From contig CAYGOB010000002.1 in the NCBI GenBank assembly GCA_964351475.1, positions 1 through 58,345 of the forward strand: DNA of 58,345 nt, given 5' to 3'. Positions 28,814 to 38,490 of the stretch are shown piece after piece. A program made the translations under genes and the position numbers. Numbering within the stretch: the stretch's first letter is position 1; each line of letters starts with the position of its first letter. The notes below the pieces were generated by a model. The model saw only the letters and a list, made by a program, of their open reading frames with translations, made no database searches and had not been told where the DNA came from. Source of the stretch: an uncultured Candidatus Saccharibacteria bacterium (GTDB lineage Bacteria; Patescibacteriota; Dojkabacteria; SC72).

Positions 28814-30640
28814 CTATTTACCCCTCCCCACCATCTCCCTAAACTTCTCATTCCTCTCTTCTAATTCATCATACTTACCTTTATCTATAATCCTGCCCTT
28901 ATCAATTAAATATATCCTATCACAATTTTTTACACTAGTAAGCCTATGAGCTATAACAACCATAGTCTTTAATTTAGAAACTCTCTCTATTGCTTTTAAT
29001 ACACTCCTCTCTGTAACATTATCTAAAGAACTAGTAGCCTCATCAAAAACTAACACCTCTGGATTATGATACAAAGCCCTAGCTATACCTATCCTCTGTC
29101 TCTGTCCACCGCTTAATCTTACTCCTCTCTCTCCAATAACAGTATCATACCCTTCTGGTAATTCCGTCTCTATAAACTTATTAATATTTGCCATCCTGGC
29201 CACCTTCTTAACTTGTTCTAAATCTATCTCTTCATCACCATACCCAAATGCAATATTCTTAGTAATAGTATCATCACATAAGAATATGTCCTGAGGTACA
29301 TAACCTAAATTAGCTTGCCAATTCCTTACATTATTTTCTGTTATCTTATTACCATCTACATATATACTACCCTCTGTAGGAGTTAACAAACCTAATACAA
29401 TATCCACTAATGTAGTCTTACCTGAACCAGTAGTGCCCACAATACCAACAGACATACCCTTACTAATATCCATATCTATATCCTCTAAGACCCTGTTTCT
29501 ATTCCCATCGTATGAGAAAGAAATATTATCTAACTTAATTTCCTTCTTAAACTCTATCGGTTCAGGTAAGACTACATCAAAATCTACCTCTACATCAGAT
29601 AATCCCCCTTCATTCATATCATAGTGAATTTTGTTAAGAACAGGTCTATTAAATCTAAATTCTGTAAAAGAGCTATATATACTTTGAAGAGCAGGCATTA
29701 ATCTGTACCCTGCAAAAGCAAATAGACCTATTAAAGGAATTATTTCATTTGTCATTTGATCTGAGTATATGAAGTAAAGAACTAAACCTAATACTCCTCC
29801 AAATGCTACAATTTCCATAATAAATTTAGGTGTTTTACCTAAAACCTTATACCAAGACTGTAAATCTGAAAACTTCTTAGAATGTTTAGAGTAGTCCTCT
29901 AAAAAATATTTTTCTCTTCCTAAAACCTTGGTATATTTAATTCCCCCCATAGCTTCTCCAACCGCTTTAAATCTAGTTCTGTTTTCTTCTATTCTTTGCC
30001 TTCCTGCACTTTTAAGTCTATTAGAAAAAATTGTATATATTAATAGATAAATGGAGCCCAATGCTACTAGGGTTATTAGAGTCATTATAGGATTAACTAC
30101 TATTAACATAATGAATATCACAGAAGCAATAACTCCTCCTTCCACTATATTAAGAACTGCCAATAAAAATTTCCCTGTTAATTCATTTACTTCTGTAAGG
30201 ATATTCTTTCCTAGATCAGAGCTATTATGGGTTAGAAAATAGCTATATGGTAGAGATAGATATTTACCCAAGAGAGAGACCGAAAGCCTATTATCAAGTT
30301 CCCATACGAAGGATGTCTTAAGTTTTACAGATAGTACAGATACTAAATTACCTATGATTAACAAAAGAAGTACTAGAATTCCTACAGTGAACATAAATTT
30401 ATTTACTGTAGTGAAGTTAAATAGATCATAGAAATACATAAGCTGATCATTAGATTCTACCAGTGTAGGATCCATTACCATATTAAGAAATGGTAAGACA
30501 GAGAGTATACCAATTGCTTGAAGAAGACCTACCAAAAGGTCTATAAAGAGAACTTGAAGAAGTTTAAATTTTTCTTTCTTTTCTAGTAAATCATTAATCT
30601 TGTAAAGAAACCCTAATTTCTGTTTGATTTTGGCTATCAT
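28814..30640 (-). CDS. ABC exporter, fused TMD-NBD half transporter (MsbA/PglK-like)
   Basis: 608 aa, 6 N-terminal TM segments, Walker A GTTGSGKTT, signature LSGGQRQR, Walker B LVFDEATS. Confidence 0.9.
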   Translation of the reverse strand: MIAKIKQKLGFLYKINDLLEKKEKFKLLQVLFIDLLVGLLQAIGILSVLPFLNMVMDPTLVESNDQLMYFYDLFNFTTVNKFMFTVGILVLLLLIIGNLVSVLSVKLKTSFVWELDNRLSVSLLGKYLSLPYSYFLTHNSSDLGKNILTEVNELTGKFLLAVLNIVEGGVIASVIFIMLIVVNPIMTLITLVALGSIYLLIYTIFSNRLKSAGRQRIEENRTRFKAVGEAMGGIKYTKVLGREKYFLEDYSKHSKKFSDLQSWYKVLGKTPKFIMEIVAFGGVLGLVLYFIYSDQMTNEIIPLIGLFAFAGYRLMPALQSIYSSFTEFRFNRPVLNKIHYDMNEGGLSDVEVDFDVVLPEPIEFKKEIKLDNISFSYDGNRNRVLEDIDMDISKGMSVGIVGTTGSGKTTLVDIVLGLLTPTEGSIYVDGNKITENNVRNWQANLGYVPQDIFLCDDTITKNIAFGYGDEEIDLEQVKKVARMANINKFIETELPEGYDTVIGERGVRLSGGQRQRIGIARALYHNPEVLVFDEATSSLDNVTERSVLKAIERVSKLKTMVVIAHRLTSVKNCDRIYLIDKGRIIDKGKYDELEERNEKFREMVGRGK

Positions 30641-30737
30641 AAGCTAAAGATATAAATATGACAAAAGAGTATACCACTAAAGTAAAATTTTATATATTTG
30701 AAACTTTGGAACTATTTGCAGACCATATCTATTATTA

Positions 30738-31520
30738 CTATTTCTTTTTATATTTAATTTTATGTATATATTTTAACAAGCCTAACTTTCTTAGCAAAAA
30801 AATAACAAATAACTTTACTCTACTCTTAATATAAAACCAAATAGCATATTTCAATCCAAAATACTTTTTAAGAGATCTATGTCCTTCTGAGACTTTTGAG
30901 CTAATACCACCTTTCTTAAAATAGACAATTGATCTATCAATCTCCTTCATTTTTACACCATTAGTATACATTCTACAAAGATATTCATAATCCCCAGAGC
31001 CTTTATATGAAATATCGAAATCCCCTAATCTTTCAAAGATCTCTTTCTTATAAAAAAATGCTTGTTGTGGGAGGCTACGAGGTTTTATTAAATTCTTCCT
31101 ATTTACAGAACATCTTGTCTCAAATTTCATATTCAACTCATCTATTAACTTAATAACATATCCATAAATTAAGTCTACTTCAGGATTTTCATTAAAACTT
31201 CTTACAACATCTCGTACAACATTATTATCACAAAAATAATCATCTGAATTTAAAAAATGAATAATTTTCCCATTTGCTTCTTTAAGACCCTTGTTCATTG
31301 CTTCATATATTCCTTTATCTGGTTCAGATATCCAATATTTTATTTTACTCTCATATTGTTTAATTAGATCAACTGTTCCATCAGTAGATCCACCATCTAT
31401 AACTATGTATTCGATATTGGTATAGGTTTGAGAAAAGACAGATTTAAAACATCTCTCTAAGTATTTTGATGAATTGTAGGTTACGGTTATAATTGTTACT
31501 AATGATTTCTCTCTTCTCAT
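30738..31520 (-). CDS. GT2 glycosyltransferase
   Basis: VTIITVTYNSSKYL...VIDGGSTDGT...NSDD. Confidence 0.85.
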   Translation of the reverse strand: MRREKSLVTIITVTYNSSKYLERCFKSVFSQTYTNIEYIVIDGGSTDGTVDLIKQYESKIKYWISEPDKGIYEAMNKGLKEANGKIIHFLNSDDYFCDNNVVRDVVRSFNENPEVDLIYGYVIKLIDELNMKFETRCSVNRKNLIKPRSLPQQAFFYKKEIFERLGDFDISYKGSGDYEYLCRMYTNGVKMKEIDRSIVYFKKGGISSKVSEGHRSLKKYFGLKYAIWFYIKSRVKLFVIFLLRKLGLLKYIHKIKYKKK

Positions 31521-32860
31521 CCCTTCACCTTGCTAATTGTATATAAATATTTACCACTGCTCAAAGATTTTATATTGTTAACAAAAAACCACTCCACTTC
31601 ACAATCTCCTCCCATCACCAACCTTATCTTTTTCTCTATATCCTTTGCCTCTTCCTTATTTTCCTGATTATTAAGCTCTATTTTTATAACTATTCTCTTA
31701 TACCCTTCTTGTATTACTTGAAACTTCTTAACCCAATTCTTCATATAAAATAAATGGGTAAAGTACTCTCCGTCTATAATATCACCATCCTTTGTTCTAA
31801 ATAGATTTACATCTCTACCTCGAACACTCTCAAGCATCGGAAACCCCCTCCCACATTTACATCTTCCATCCTTTGATAATACTGCTAAATCTCCTATATC
31901 ATACCTTATCAACGGCACAGAATAATTGTTTAAAGTTGTAACATAAACCTTGCCCATTTTACCTGGTTTACTTGGATTCAAATCTTTATCCAAGACTTCT
32001 ACAAACAAATTCAGATTATTTAAATGTAACTGATCTGTTTCAGAACACGAACATGCTATATCTCCGACCTCTCTGGAACCATACCTGTTAAAGACTTTAC
32101 AATCGAAAACTTCTTCTATAAGCTCTCGCATCTCAGGATACAAAGTTCCTGCAGATGTTATTACACCCTTGGGACTATGGATTTCAAGTTTTTTCCCCTT
32201 AATAAATTTAGCAAACTCATAAACTGATTGTACATATGCTTCTACAATCTCTGGTTTAAAGGAGTTAATCTTCTCGACATAGTTAAGCATATCTTCCTCA
32301 GACATCTTAAAAGAATTTAACATAACCCTTTGAGAGATAAAATTTTTAACCTGTGCTTTTAAACCAACAGAACCTTTTAAAATGTCTCTCTCAGAACCCC
32401 AAAGTTTAACTAGTTTACAAGGATAATCACAAATAAAAGAGTAAAACAACCACTTAACAGCCATCCCGCTAGTCCAAGTTCTATTATCTTGATAGAACTT
32501 CACAGGCTCTCCCGTAGAACCTCCAGATGTATTTAAATATGGCTTCCTTTTCTCAAAATTAGGATCAGTTGATTTTAATTTCTCAAAATTTTCCTGTATT
32601 ATATCTTTCGTTAAAATCGGAATCTTATTAAAGTTCTTAAGAAGGATTTTATTATCTTTAATAATTTCAATTTCATTAAAGAGTTCCCTGTAATAGGGGA
32701 CATATTGATATGAGTGCAACAAGATCTTTTTTAAATTCTCCTCCTGAATTTTCGTATTCTCTTCTAGTGTATTGTGTTGCTTTTCTAAAAAACTTCTATA
32801 AACATGAAATATATTCCTGCCTTGCAATTTTAGACCTAACTCAAGCAACTTATCTTTCAT
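31517..32860 (-). CDS. CapK / coenzyme-F390-synthetase-like adenylate-forming enzyme (PaaK superfamily)
   Basis: NTSGGSTGEPVKFYQD (AMP-binding P-loop-like motif of the CapK/PaaK family), YGSREVG, IRYDIGD and CKCGRGFPMLESVRGR. Confidence 0.75.
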   Translation of the reverse strand: MKDKLLELGLKLQGRNIFHVYRSFLEKQHNTLEENTKIQEENLKKILLHSYQYVPYYRELFNEIEIIKDNKILLKNFNKIPILTKDIIQENFEKLKSTDPNFEKRKPYLNTSGGSTGEPVKFYQDNRTWTSGMAVKWLFYSFICDYPCKLVKLWGSERDILKGSVGLKAQVKNFISQRVMLNSFKMSEEDMLNYVEKINSFKPEIVEAYVQSVYEFAKFIKGKKLEIHSPKGVITSAGTLYPEMRELIEEVFDCKVFNRYGSREVGDIACSCSETDQLHLNNLNLFVEVLDKDLNPSKPGKMGKVYVTTLNNYSVPLIRYDIGDLAVLSKDGRCKCGRGFPMLESVRGRDVNLFRTKDGDIIDGEYFTHLFYMKNWVKKFQVIQEGYKRIVIKIELNNQENKEEAKDIEKKIRLVMGGDCEVEWFFVNNIKSLSSGKYLYTISKVKG

Positions 32861-33962
32861 TAATATATTTCAGAAATTTATTTGCATTAACAGTTATATC
32901 ATGTGTTTTAACAAAATATTCCTTAGCATTCACACTAAGCCTATCATAAAGATTTTTATCCCTTAATAACCTCTCACACTTCTTTTCTAAAACTTCCTGA
33001 CTATCATTACACACAAAACCACACTCATGCTTATCTATAAAATTATTGGGATTAACCTTTAAGGATAATATCGGAGTCCCCTCCCTAGTCGCTTGTATTA
33101 AGGAATTAGCAAAACCTTCTTTTTCTGAAGTTATTACATATATCTTCGCCTTTTTAAAATAGTTATCTATTTTATCAAAAGGTACAAAATCTATAAATTT
33201 AAGGTTCTTGATTCTATCTGCTTTCTTCTTAATTTCGATAAAATAATCTGGACTATCTGTTGCTTCAGGACAAATCATAACAAAATATTCCTTTGGAAAA
33301 CGTTGAGCTAGGTTGATAAAAATCTCTGGTCTTTTCCAGCTCTCCGATCTCCCAACCCAAAGTATAATATCTTTACTAATCTCTGTCTCATTATGAGAAG
33401 ACAACCAGGAAGATGATAGCGTAATTAACCTAGATCCACCTATATTATTTCTTAAATTCGAATTTTGATACTCATTCTGGACAAAAACAATACCGGCATA
33501 CTTAAAAACTAAACTTGCTATATATCCCTTTAGTTTACTCCCATATAATCTATGTGTACCATCTGCCTCACTATCATGAGCAACCATATAAACAAATTTT
33601 TTCTTCCTTAATTTACAATATAGAGCTATTAAACCAGACTCCACTGTTAAAGTTCTCTGAACGTATACATCTGCATTTACCTTGTTAAAAATCTTAAAGA
33701 AATCTAATACCTGCTTTAATTTGTTATCTTTAAAATTTAGACCTTTCCAAACTTTAACTCCATCATAAGTTTCTTTTTCTTCTTGACCATAATCAGCTAC
33801 TATAAAATAAATATCTAACTCCTTTTTCTTAGCTAGTTCCTTTGAAAGCAAAGTTAATTGAACTTCAGCCCCACCAAATGTGGATTTAATCTCAGGATTA
33901 AATAAAGGATATGCTTTGAGAGACACAAAACAAATTTTAGTTGATTTGTTCACTTCCTTCAT
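32850..33962 (-). CDS. GT4 (GT-B fold) glycosyltransferase
   Basis: C-terminal EGFANSLIQATREGTPIL (the E-x7-E region of GT4). 370 aa. Confidence 0.8.
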   Translation of the reverse strand: MKEVNKSTKICFVSLKAYPLFNPEIKSTFGGAEVQLTLLSKELAKKKELDIYFIVADYGQEEKETYDGVKVWKGLNFKDNKLKQVLDFFKIFNKVNADVYVQRTLTVESGLIALYCKLRKKKFVYMVAHDSEADGTHRLYGSKLKGYIASLVFKYAGIVFVQNEYQNSNLRNNIGGSRLITLSSSWLSSHNETEISKDIILWVGRSESWKRPEIFINLAQRFPKEYFVMICPEATDSPDYFIEIKKKADRIKNLKFIDFVPFDKIDNYFKKAKIYVITSEKEGFANSLIQATREGTPILSLKVNPNNFIDKHECGFVCNDSQEVLEKKCERLLRDKNLYDRLSVNAKEYFVKTHDITVNANKFLKYINER

Positions 33963-35275
33963 ACCTCACATACCGTATATAAATATTTACCACTCTTAGT
34001 AGATTCTATATTATCTACAAATTTCCATTTAATATTAAACTCCTCCCCCACTAATACCCTAATCTTTTCTTCTATCTCTTTCATCTCTTCCTTATTTTCT
34101 TTTCCTTCTACCTTAATTAATATTGTATTAAAACTTTTTTGTACTGCCTGAAACTTCTCTATCCAATCCCTAAAAAACAACATCTGAACTAAAAAATGAC
34201 TATGCTTTAAACTACCATCCCTCTTCTTAAAAAAACCTAATGTCCTACCTACTACCTGCCCAACTGTAAGATATATTTTAATACCACCTAGTTCATATGA
34301 TTTATTACCCTCTGTTGCTACATCTCCAATATCATACCTAATTAAAGGCATAGAATAATTATCCATACAAGTTATTAAAATTCTTTTTTCTTCTGAATCT
34401 CCATCTAACTCTAAAAGGTGTCTCCAAAAAGAAATATCTAAATTCCGATTCTTTCCTTCTAAACCAATCCCTCCCATCTCTCTAGATCCATATTGGTTGT
34501 ACACTTTACATCCAAAAGCTCCTTCAATTACTTTTCTGTTTTCTTCATAAAGAGGACCTATTGTGGAGATTATGAACTTAGGAGTATAAAGATTTATTTT
34601 ATTCTCTAATATGTATTTACTAAATTCATATACACCATCTACATATGCCCAGTAAGATACTGGTTTGAAACTGTTGTGTAAATCTATTAGCTCTTTTATT
34701 TTCTCTTCTGAGAAATCATAGCAGTTAAAGAACTTTCTGTTGTAAACAAAATTAATTACTCTATCTTTAAGTGTGAGATTCCCTTCCAAGATATCTCTAT
34801 CTGATCCCCACAGTTTTATTTCTCTTTCTCCTACTTGCTTTCCATACTTATTAAAGTAATACATCTTAGTAGCCACATTCCAATCATCATACTCTCTATC
34901 TTGTAAAAATTTTACAGGTTCTCCTGTACTACCCCCTGATGTATTCTCATAGGATTTTCTTTTTTTATGATCCTTAGAATAAAGATTATCTCCTTCTTTT
35001 CTAATAATCTCTTTAGTTAGTATCGGTATCTTATTAAAGTTCTCTAAATATACTCTACCATCCTTTACTACCCCAACATCTTTTAAGACTCTACTGTAGT
35101 AAGGTACATTTTCATAGGAATGAAGAAGTAAATTTTTTAATTTCTCTTTCTGTAATTTTTCTATCTCTTCCTTAGACATCTTTTCATATTCAAGTATCTT
35201 CTTAAAATACTTCATCCTCTTACTACCCTCTAACCAAGAAAGAAAACATATTGTAGGTTTACGCCAGTTAAACAT
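33959..35275 (-). CDS. CapK / F390-synthetase-like adenylate-forming enzyme, paralogue of 31517..32860
   Basis: NTSGGSTGEPVKFLQD, YGSREMG and IRYDIGD, with the same N-terminal LLLHSYENVPYY block. It lacks the CxCGR motif of the paralogue. Confidence 0.75.
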   Translation of the reverse strand: MFNWRKPTICFLSWLEGSKRMKYFKKILEYEKMSKEEIEKLQKEKLKNLLLHSYENVPYYSRVLKDVGVVKDGRVYLENFNKIPILTKEIIRKEGDNLYSKDHKKRKSYENTSGGSTGEPVKFLQDREYDDWNVATKMYYFNKYGKQVGEREIKLWGSDRDILEGNLTLKDRVINFVYNRKFFNCYDFSEEKIKELIDLHNSFKPVSYWAYVDGVYEFSKYILENKINLYTPKFIISTIGPLYEENRKVIEGAFGCKVYNQYGSREMGGIGLEGKNRNLDISFWRHLLELDGDSEEKRILITCMDNYSMPLIRYDIGDVATEGNKSYELGGIKIYLTVGQVVGRTLGFFKKRDGSLKHSHFLVQMLFFRDWIEKFQAVQKSFNTILIKVEGKENKEEMKEIEEKIRVLVGEEFNIKWKFVDNIESTKSGKYLYTVCEV

Positions 35276-35353
35276 ATATTACAGAAACTATAATTAAATC
35301 TATATGGTATTATATTAGCCATAAAGTTTAGGTTCTGTATATTATAAACCAAA

Positions 35354-37267
35354 ATGGATAAGAAGAAAGAAATCTCCCTGCCCTATTTTGTACTAGGCGT
35401 TAGTCTACTAATTATTTTGTATCTCTTTTTACACTTTATATTCGGTATTCATACATATACTAATTTACTAATCTTCACTATACTGACTTCTATCCCTTCT
35501 TATCTTTTAATCTTATTTATTAAAAACAATCCTAAGAAAGAAAAGAATTTTCGAATATTTCTTCTAATATTTTTACTAATATTGTACTTATACTTGTCTT
35601 TTTATAACTATATAAATATAGAATTTGTTAACCTTCATTTAGACAAAATCTCGGTACTACTCTTTGCTACCCTCGCTGTCCTACTTACTACAGCAAAAGA
35701 GAGTTCCACAAAGAGATACTCTATAAAGAAGTGGGTTACCACTTTTTTATTAGTAGTCATCATATTAGTAGGAGCAGGATTAAGAATTAAGGATACAAAA
35801 AATCTCTCCTTTAGAAACGATGAGTATCAGGTTGTTGCAGCCGCTGCTGGATATAGATACACAGGGACATTCATGTATTGGAACTTCCTAACAGACACTC
35901 CTGATTCTATACAAAGTTGTCCAGAATTAGATGAAACATGTAACTATTACACTAGAGCATATCCCCACTCTATGTTAATTGCACTCTCTTTCCGCTTGTT
36001 TGGTATCTCTGAGCTATCTGCAAGAATTCCATCTCTTGTATTCGGAATTCTTCTTATACCTCTTTCATTTTTCTTTGCAAAGTACATAACAAAAAGAGAC
36101 GACATTTCTTTAATATATACCTTCCTAATTGCAAACTATGGTTTATTTATACATTTGTCAAAATATACTAGGATGTATGCTCTAGTAATTCCTATTACAA
36201 TTTTATCTGTCTATTTTCTTTACAGAGGTCTCTTTGAAAAACCAAGAAAAGAAATTTCTAACAAATTCCTCAGCAGCTATTTTTCATACAGATATGTTGA
36301 ACTAATTGTAGGATCGTTACTTTTGTACCTTGCTTATCTTCTGCATATCAATGTTGTTGCTATTGTACCTGTATTATTCATATTTATAATTTACAAATTT
36401 TTGTCTACTAGAGAAAAAAAATATTTACCTATAATCTTGCTAGGGGTGTTATTCATAGTCATTTCTGTTTTAAACTTTAATACATCGCTATCTATTCGAA
36501 TAATATACATAATCTTTAAGTGGATGTCTCCCTTTGGAAGATTTAATTCAGTATATCTAAGTCATTTGATCGGGTATCCACTAAACCTCCTAATTGCAAT
36601 TCCTCTTATCCTCTCAAGTATACTTTTTATTAAAAAACTTAAACTAAAAGAACAAAGAGACCACTTAGTATTTCTAATAATTTGTACAATTACTGTAATA
36701 ATTTCTTTCGTATTCATAGCCGACAGATATGCCTCCTCTGTGTATGTCTCTATGTTTATGCCATTTAGTTTTCTGTTAGTTACTTGGTTATTCTTTTTAA
36801 TAAATGAAAAAATTATTTCAAATATAAAGAACAGAAATCTTTTTGTTATATTACTTCTGATCATTATAATGGGTTTACCTATGCTTTTAAGAAAGGTTGA
36901 AGATACTGATCCATCGCCTCCTCTAGATCATAAACGTGCGTATTCAATAATAAATGAGAGATTTGATCCTGAAAAAGATATTATTCTAGGCCAATATCTA
37001 AGAAACTACTATCTTGATCCAGAGAGAATTGATCCAGATAGAATATACTCCCTAAATATAAAAGAAAGATTAACCTATGAAGAATTCCTTGAGCTTGTAA
37101 GAAATGCCCCTTCTGGATACATCGTCTGGGCAGACAACAAAAAATGGCATATAAGACCTGAAATAAGACAATATTGCTGTGATAACTTCGAACAACTAAG
37201 TGGAGAAAGTTGCTCAGAACCAGTAAATGACTACAGAATAGAAATATTCTACTTCTCTAATGAATAG
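35354..37267 (+). CDS. Polytopic GT-C membrane glycosyltransferase (ArnT/PMT_2-like)
   Basis: 637 aa with >=12 TM segments, the loop motif RNDEYQ, IPSLVFGILLIPLSFFFAKYI, and a soluble C-terminal ~130 aa. Confidence 0.65.
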   Translation: MDKKKEISLPYFVLGVSLLIILYLFLHFIFGIHTYTNLLIFTILTSIPSYLLILFIKNNPKKEKNFRIFLLIFLLILYLYLSFYNYINIEFVNLHLDKISVLLFATLAVLLTTAKESSTKRYSIKKWVTTFLLVVIILVGAGLRIKDTKNLSFRNDEYQVVAAAAGYRYTGTFMYWNFLTDTPDSIQSCPELDETCNYYTRAYPHSMLIALSFRLFGISELSARIPSLVFGILLIPLSFFFAKYITKRDDISLIYTFLIANYGLFIHLSKYTRMYALVIPITILSVYFLYRGLFEKPRKEISNKFLSSYFSYRYVELIVGSLLLYLAYLLHINVVAIVPVLFIFIIYKFLSTREKKYLPIILLGVLFIVISVLNFNTSLSIRIIYIIFKWMSPFGRFNSVYLSHLIGYPLNLLIAIPLILSSILFIKKLKLKEQRDHLVFLIICTITVIISFVFIADRYASSVYVSMFMPFSFLLVTWLFFLINEKIISNIKNRNLFVILLLIIIMGLPMLLRKVEDTDPSPPLDHKRAYSIINERFDPEKDIILGQYLRNYYLDPERIDPDRIYSLNIKERLTYEEFLELVRNAPSGYIVWADNKKWHIRPEIRQYCCDNFEQLSGESCSEPVNDYRIEIFYFSNE

Positions 37268-38382
37268 GCTCCTTCGTATAACTTAACATACTCCCCAGCC
37301 ATATTATCCCAACTCATACCCTCTGCCTTCCTTCTACTCTCTTTACCCATACTCTCTAACAATTCCCTATCACTATACAACCTCTCTAAACCTTCTTTTA
37401 TTTCTTCACTATTCTCTTTCTTAACTACAAAACCATTCCTACTATCTACTAACTCCTTAGTACCACCTACATCAGTAGCTATTATTGCTAAACCACTAGC
37501 CATAGCTTCTAACAAACTATTACTCATACCCTCATTCTTAGAAGGAAGTACAAACACATGACACCTTGGAATATTCTTAGCTATATCCTCCCTCGAAGCT
37601 TCTCCTTTAAATTCTACCTTATCCTGTATATTCAACTCCTCTACCATAGCCTCTAATTCTTCCCTCTGATCTCCATCTCCATAGAATAATAATCTTACAT
37701 TTTCCTTACCGTTTTGAAACTCTCCAAAAGCTTCTATTAAATAGTTAAGACCCTTTCTCTCTGTTAACCTAGATGTAGACACTATTGTAAACTCATCCTC
37801 CTTCTCTTTAGGTTTAAATATATTAGTATCCACACCGTTATATATAACCCCAATATCTTTCTTGTCATACGTCTCGTATGCTAGATCTCTAAGACCTGCA
37901 GAATTAGCTACTACATACTTAGCTCTCTTCCATATTAATTTAGAAAGATGTTGAAATATATATTTATCTAATTTTTCATACTTTTTACTATAGAAGGGTA
38001 CATCACTACCCCTTAAAGAAACAATATATGGTTTTCCTATTAACATTGCTAAAAAACCAGAAGGTATTCCAAAAAAAGCATGAATTAAATCATATTCTTT
38101 TCTGTTCTTTAACATCCATTTAAAAGCCTTACCTGAATATTTAAGTAAATTCTTATTACTCTGATTATGTAAACCGCCTTCCTTATCTATATCTAACCTT
38201 ACAACCCTAACATTATCCCCTATACTCTCTTCCATATACTTACCTACTGAAGATGTAAGTAATATCAACTCTATATCATCTTTATCTTTTAACTGTTGTA
38301 GAAGATTATATGTGGCAGTAGCTGCACCTCCTCCCAAAGGAGGATATTCATAGTTAAGTATCAGTACTTTCATTTTCTTCAT
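37249..38382 (-). CDS. GT4 (GT-B fold) glycosyltransferase
   Basis: ILNYEYPPLGGGAATA at the N-terminus and EGMSNSLLEAMASGLAIIATDVGG. Confidence 0.9.
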   Translation of the reverse strand: MKKMKVLILNYEYPPLGGGAATATYNLLQQLKDKDDIELILLTSSVGKYMEESIGDNVRVVRLDIDKEGGLHNQSNKNLLKYSGKAFKWMLKNRKEYDLIHAFFGIPSGFLAMLIGKPYIVSLRGSDVPFYSKKYEKLDKYIFQHLSKLIWKRAKYVVANSAGLRDLAYETYDKKDIGVIYNGVDTNIFKPKEKEDEFTIVSTSRLTERKGLNYLIEAFGEFQNGKENVRLLFYGDGDQREELEAMVEELNIQDKVEFKGEASREDIAKNIPRCHVFVLPSKNEGMSNSLLEAMASGLAIIATDVGGTKELVDSRNGFVVKKENSEEIKEGLERLYSDRELLESMGKESRRKAEGMSWDNMAGEYVKLYEGAYSLEK

Positions 38383-38389
38383 ATATGGG

Positions 38390-38419
38390 ATTATAACTCT
38401 TAAGCAGTATATATGTCAT
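38390..38419 (-). promoter_or_regulatory. Promoter candidate ATGACA-N18-TATAAT ending 7 nt before the ATG (leaderless-type)
   Basis: On the minus strand, ATGACA is at comp. 38414-38419 and TATAAT at comp. 38390-38395. A 7-nt spacer (CCCATAT) precedes ATG at comp. 38380-38382. Confidence 0.4.
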
Positions 38420-38490
38420 CCAGATACAATAGCTTGTAAACTCCTTAAAGATTCCCATTTCTATTTCAACATTGAGAAAATCCTTAAAAT

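Noticed and set aside
4235-37267. Whether any of the four polytopic proteins is an STT3/PglB-type N-oligosaccharyltransferase
   Set aside because: None contains a WWDxG motif or the characteristic large C-terminal periplasmic domain. The first-loop D/E motifs fit generic GT-C enzymes instead.
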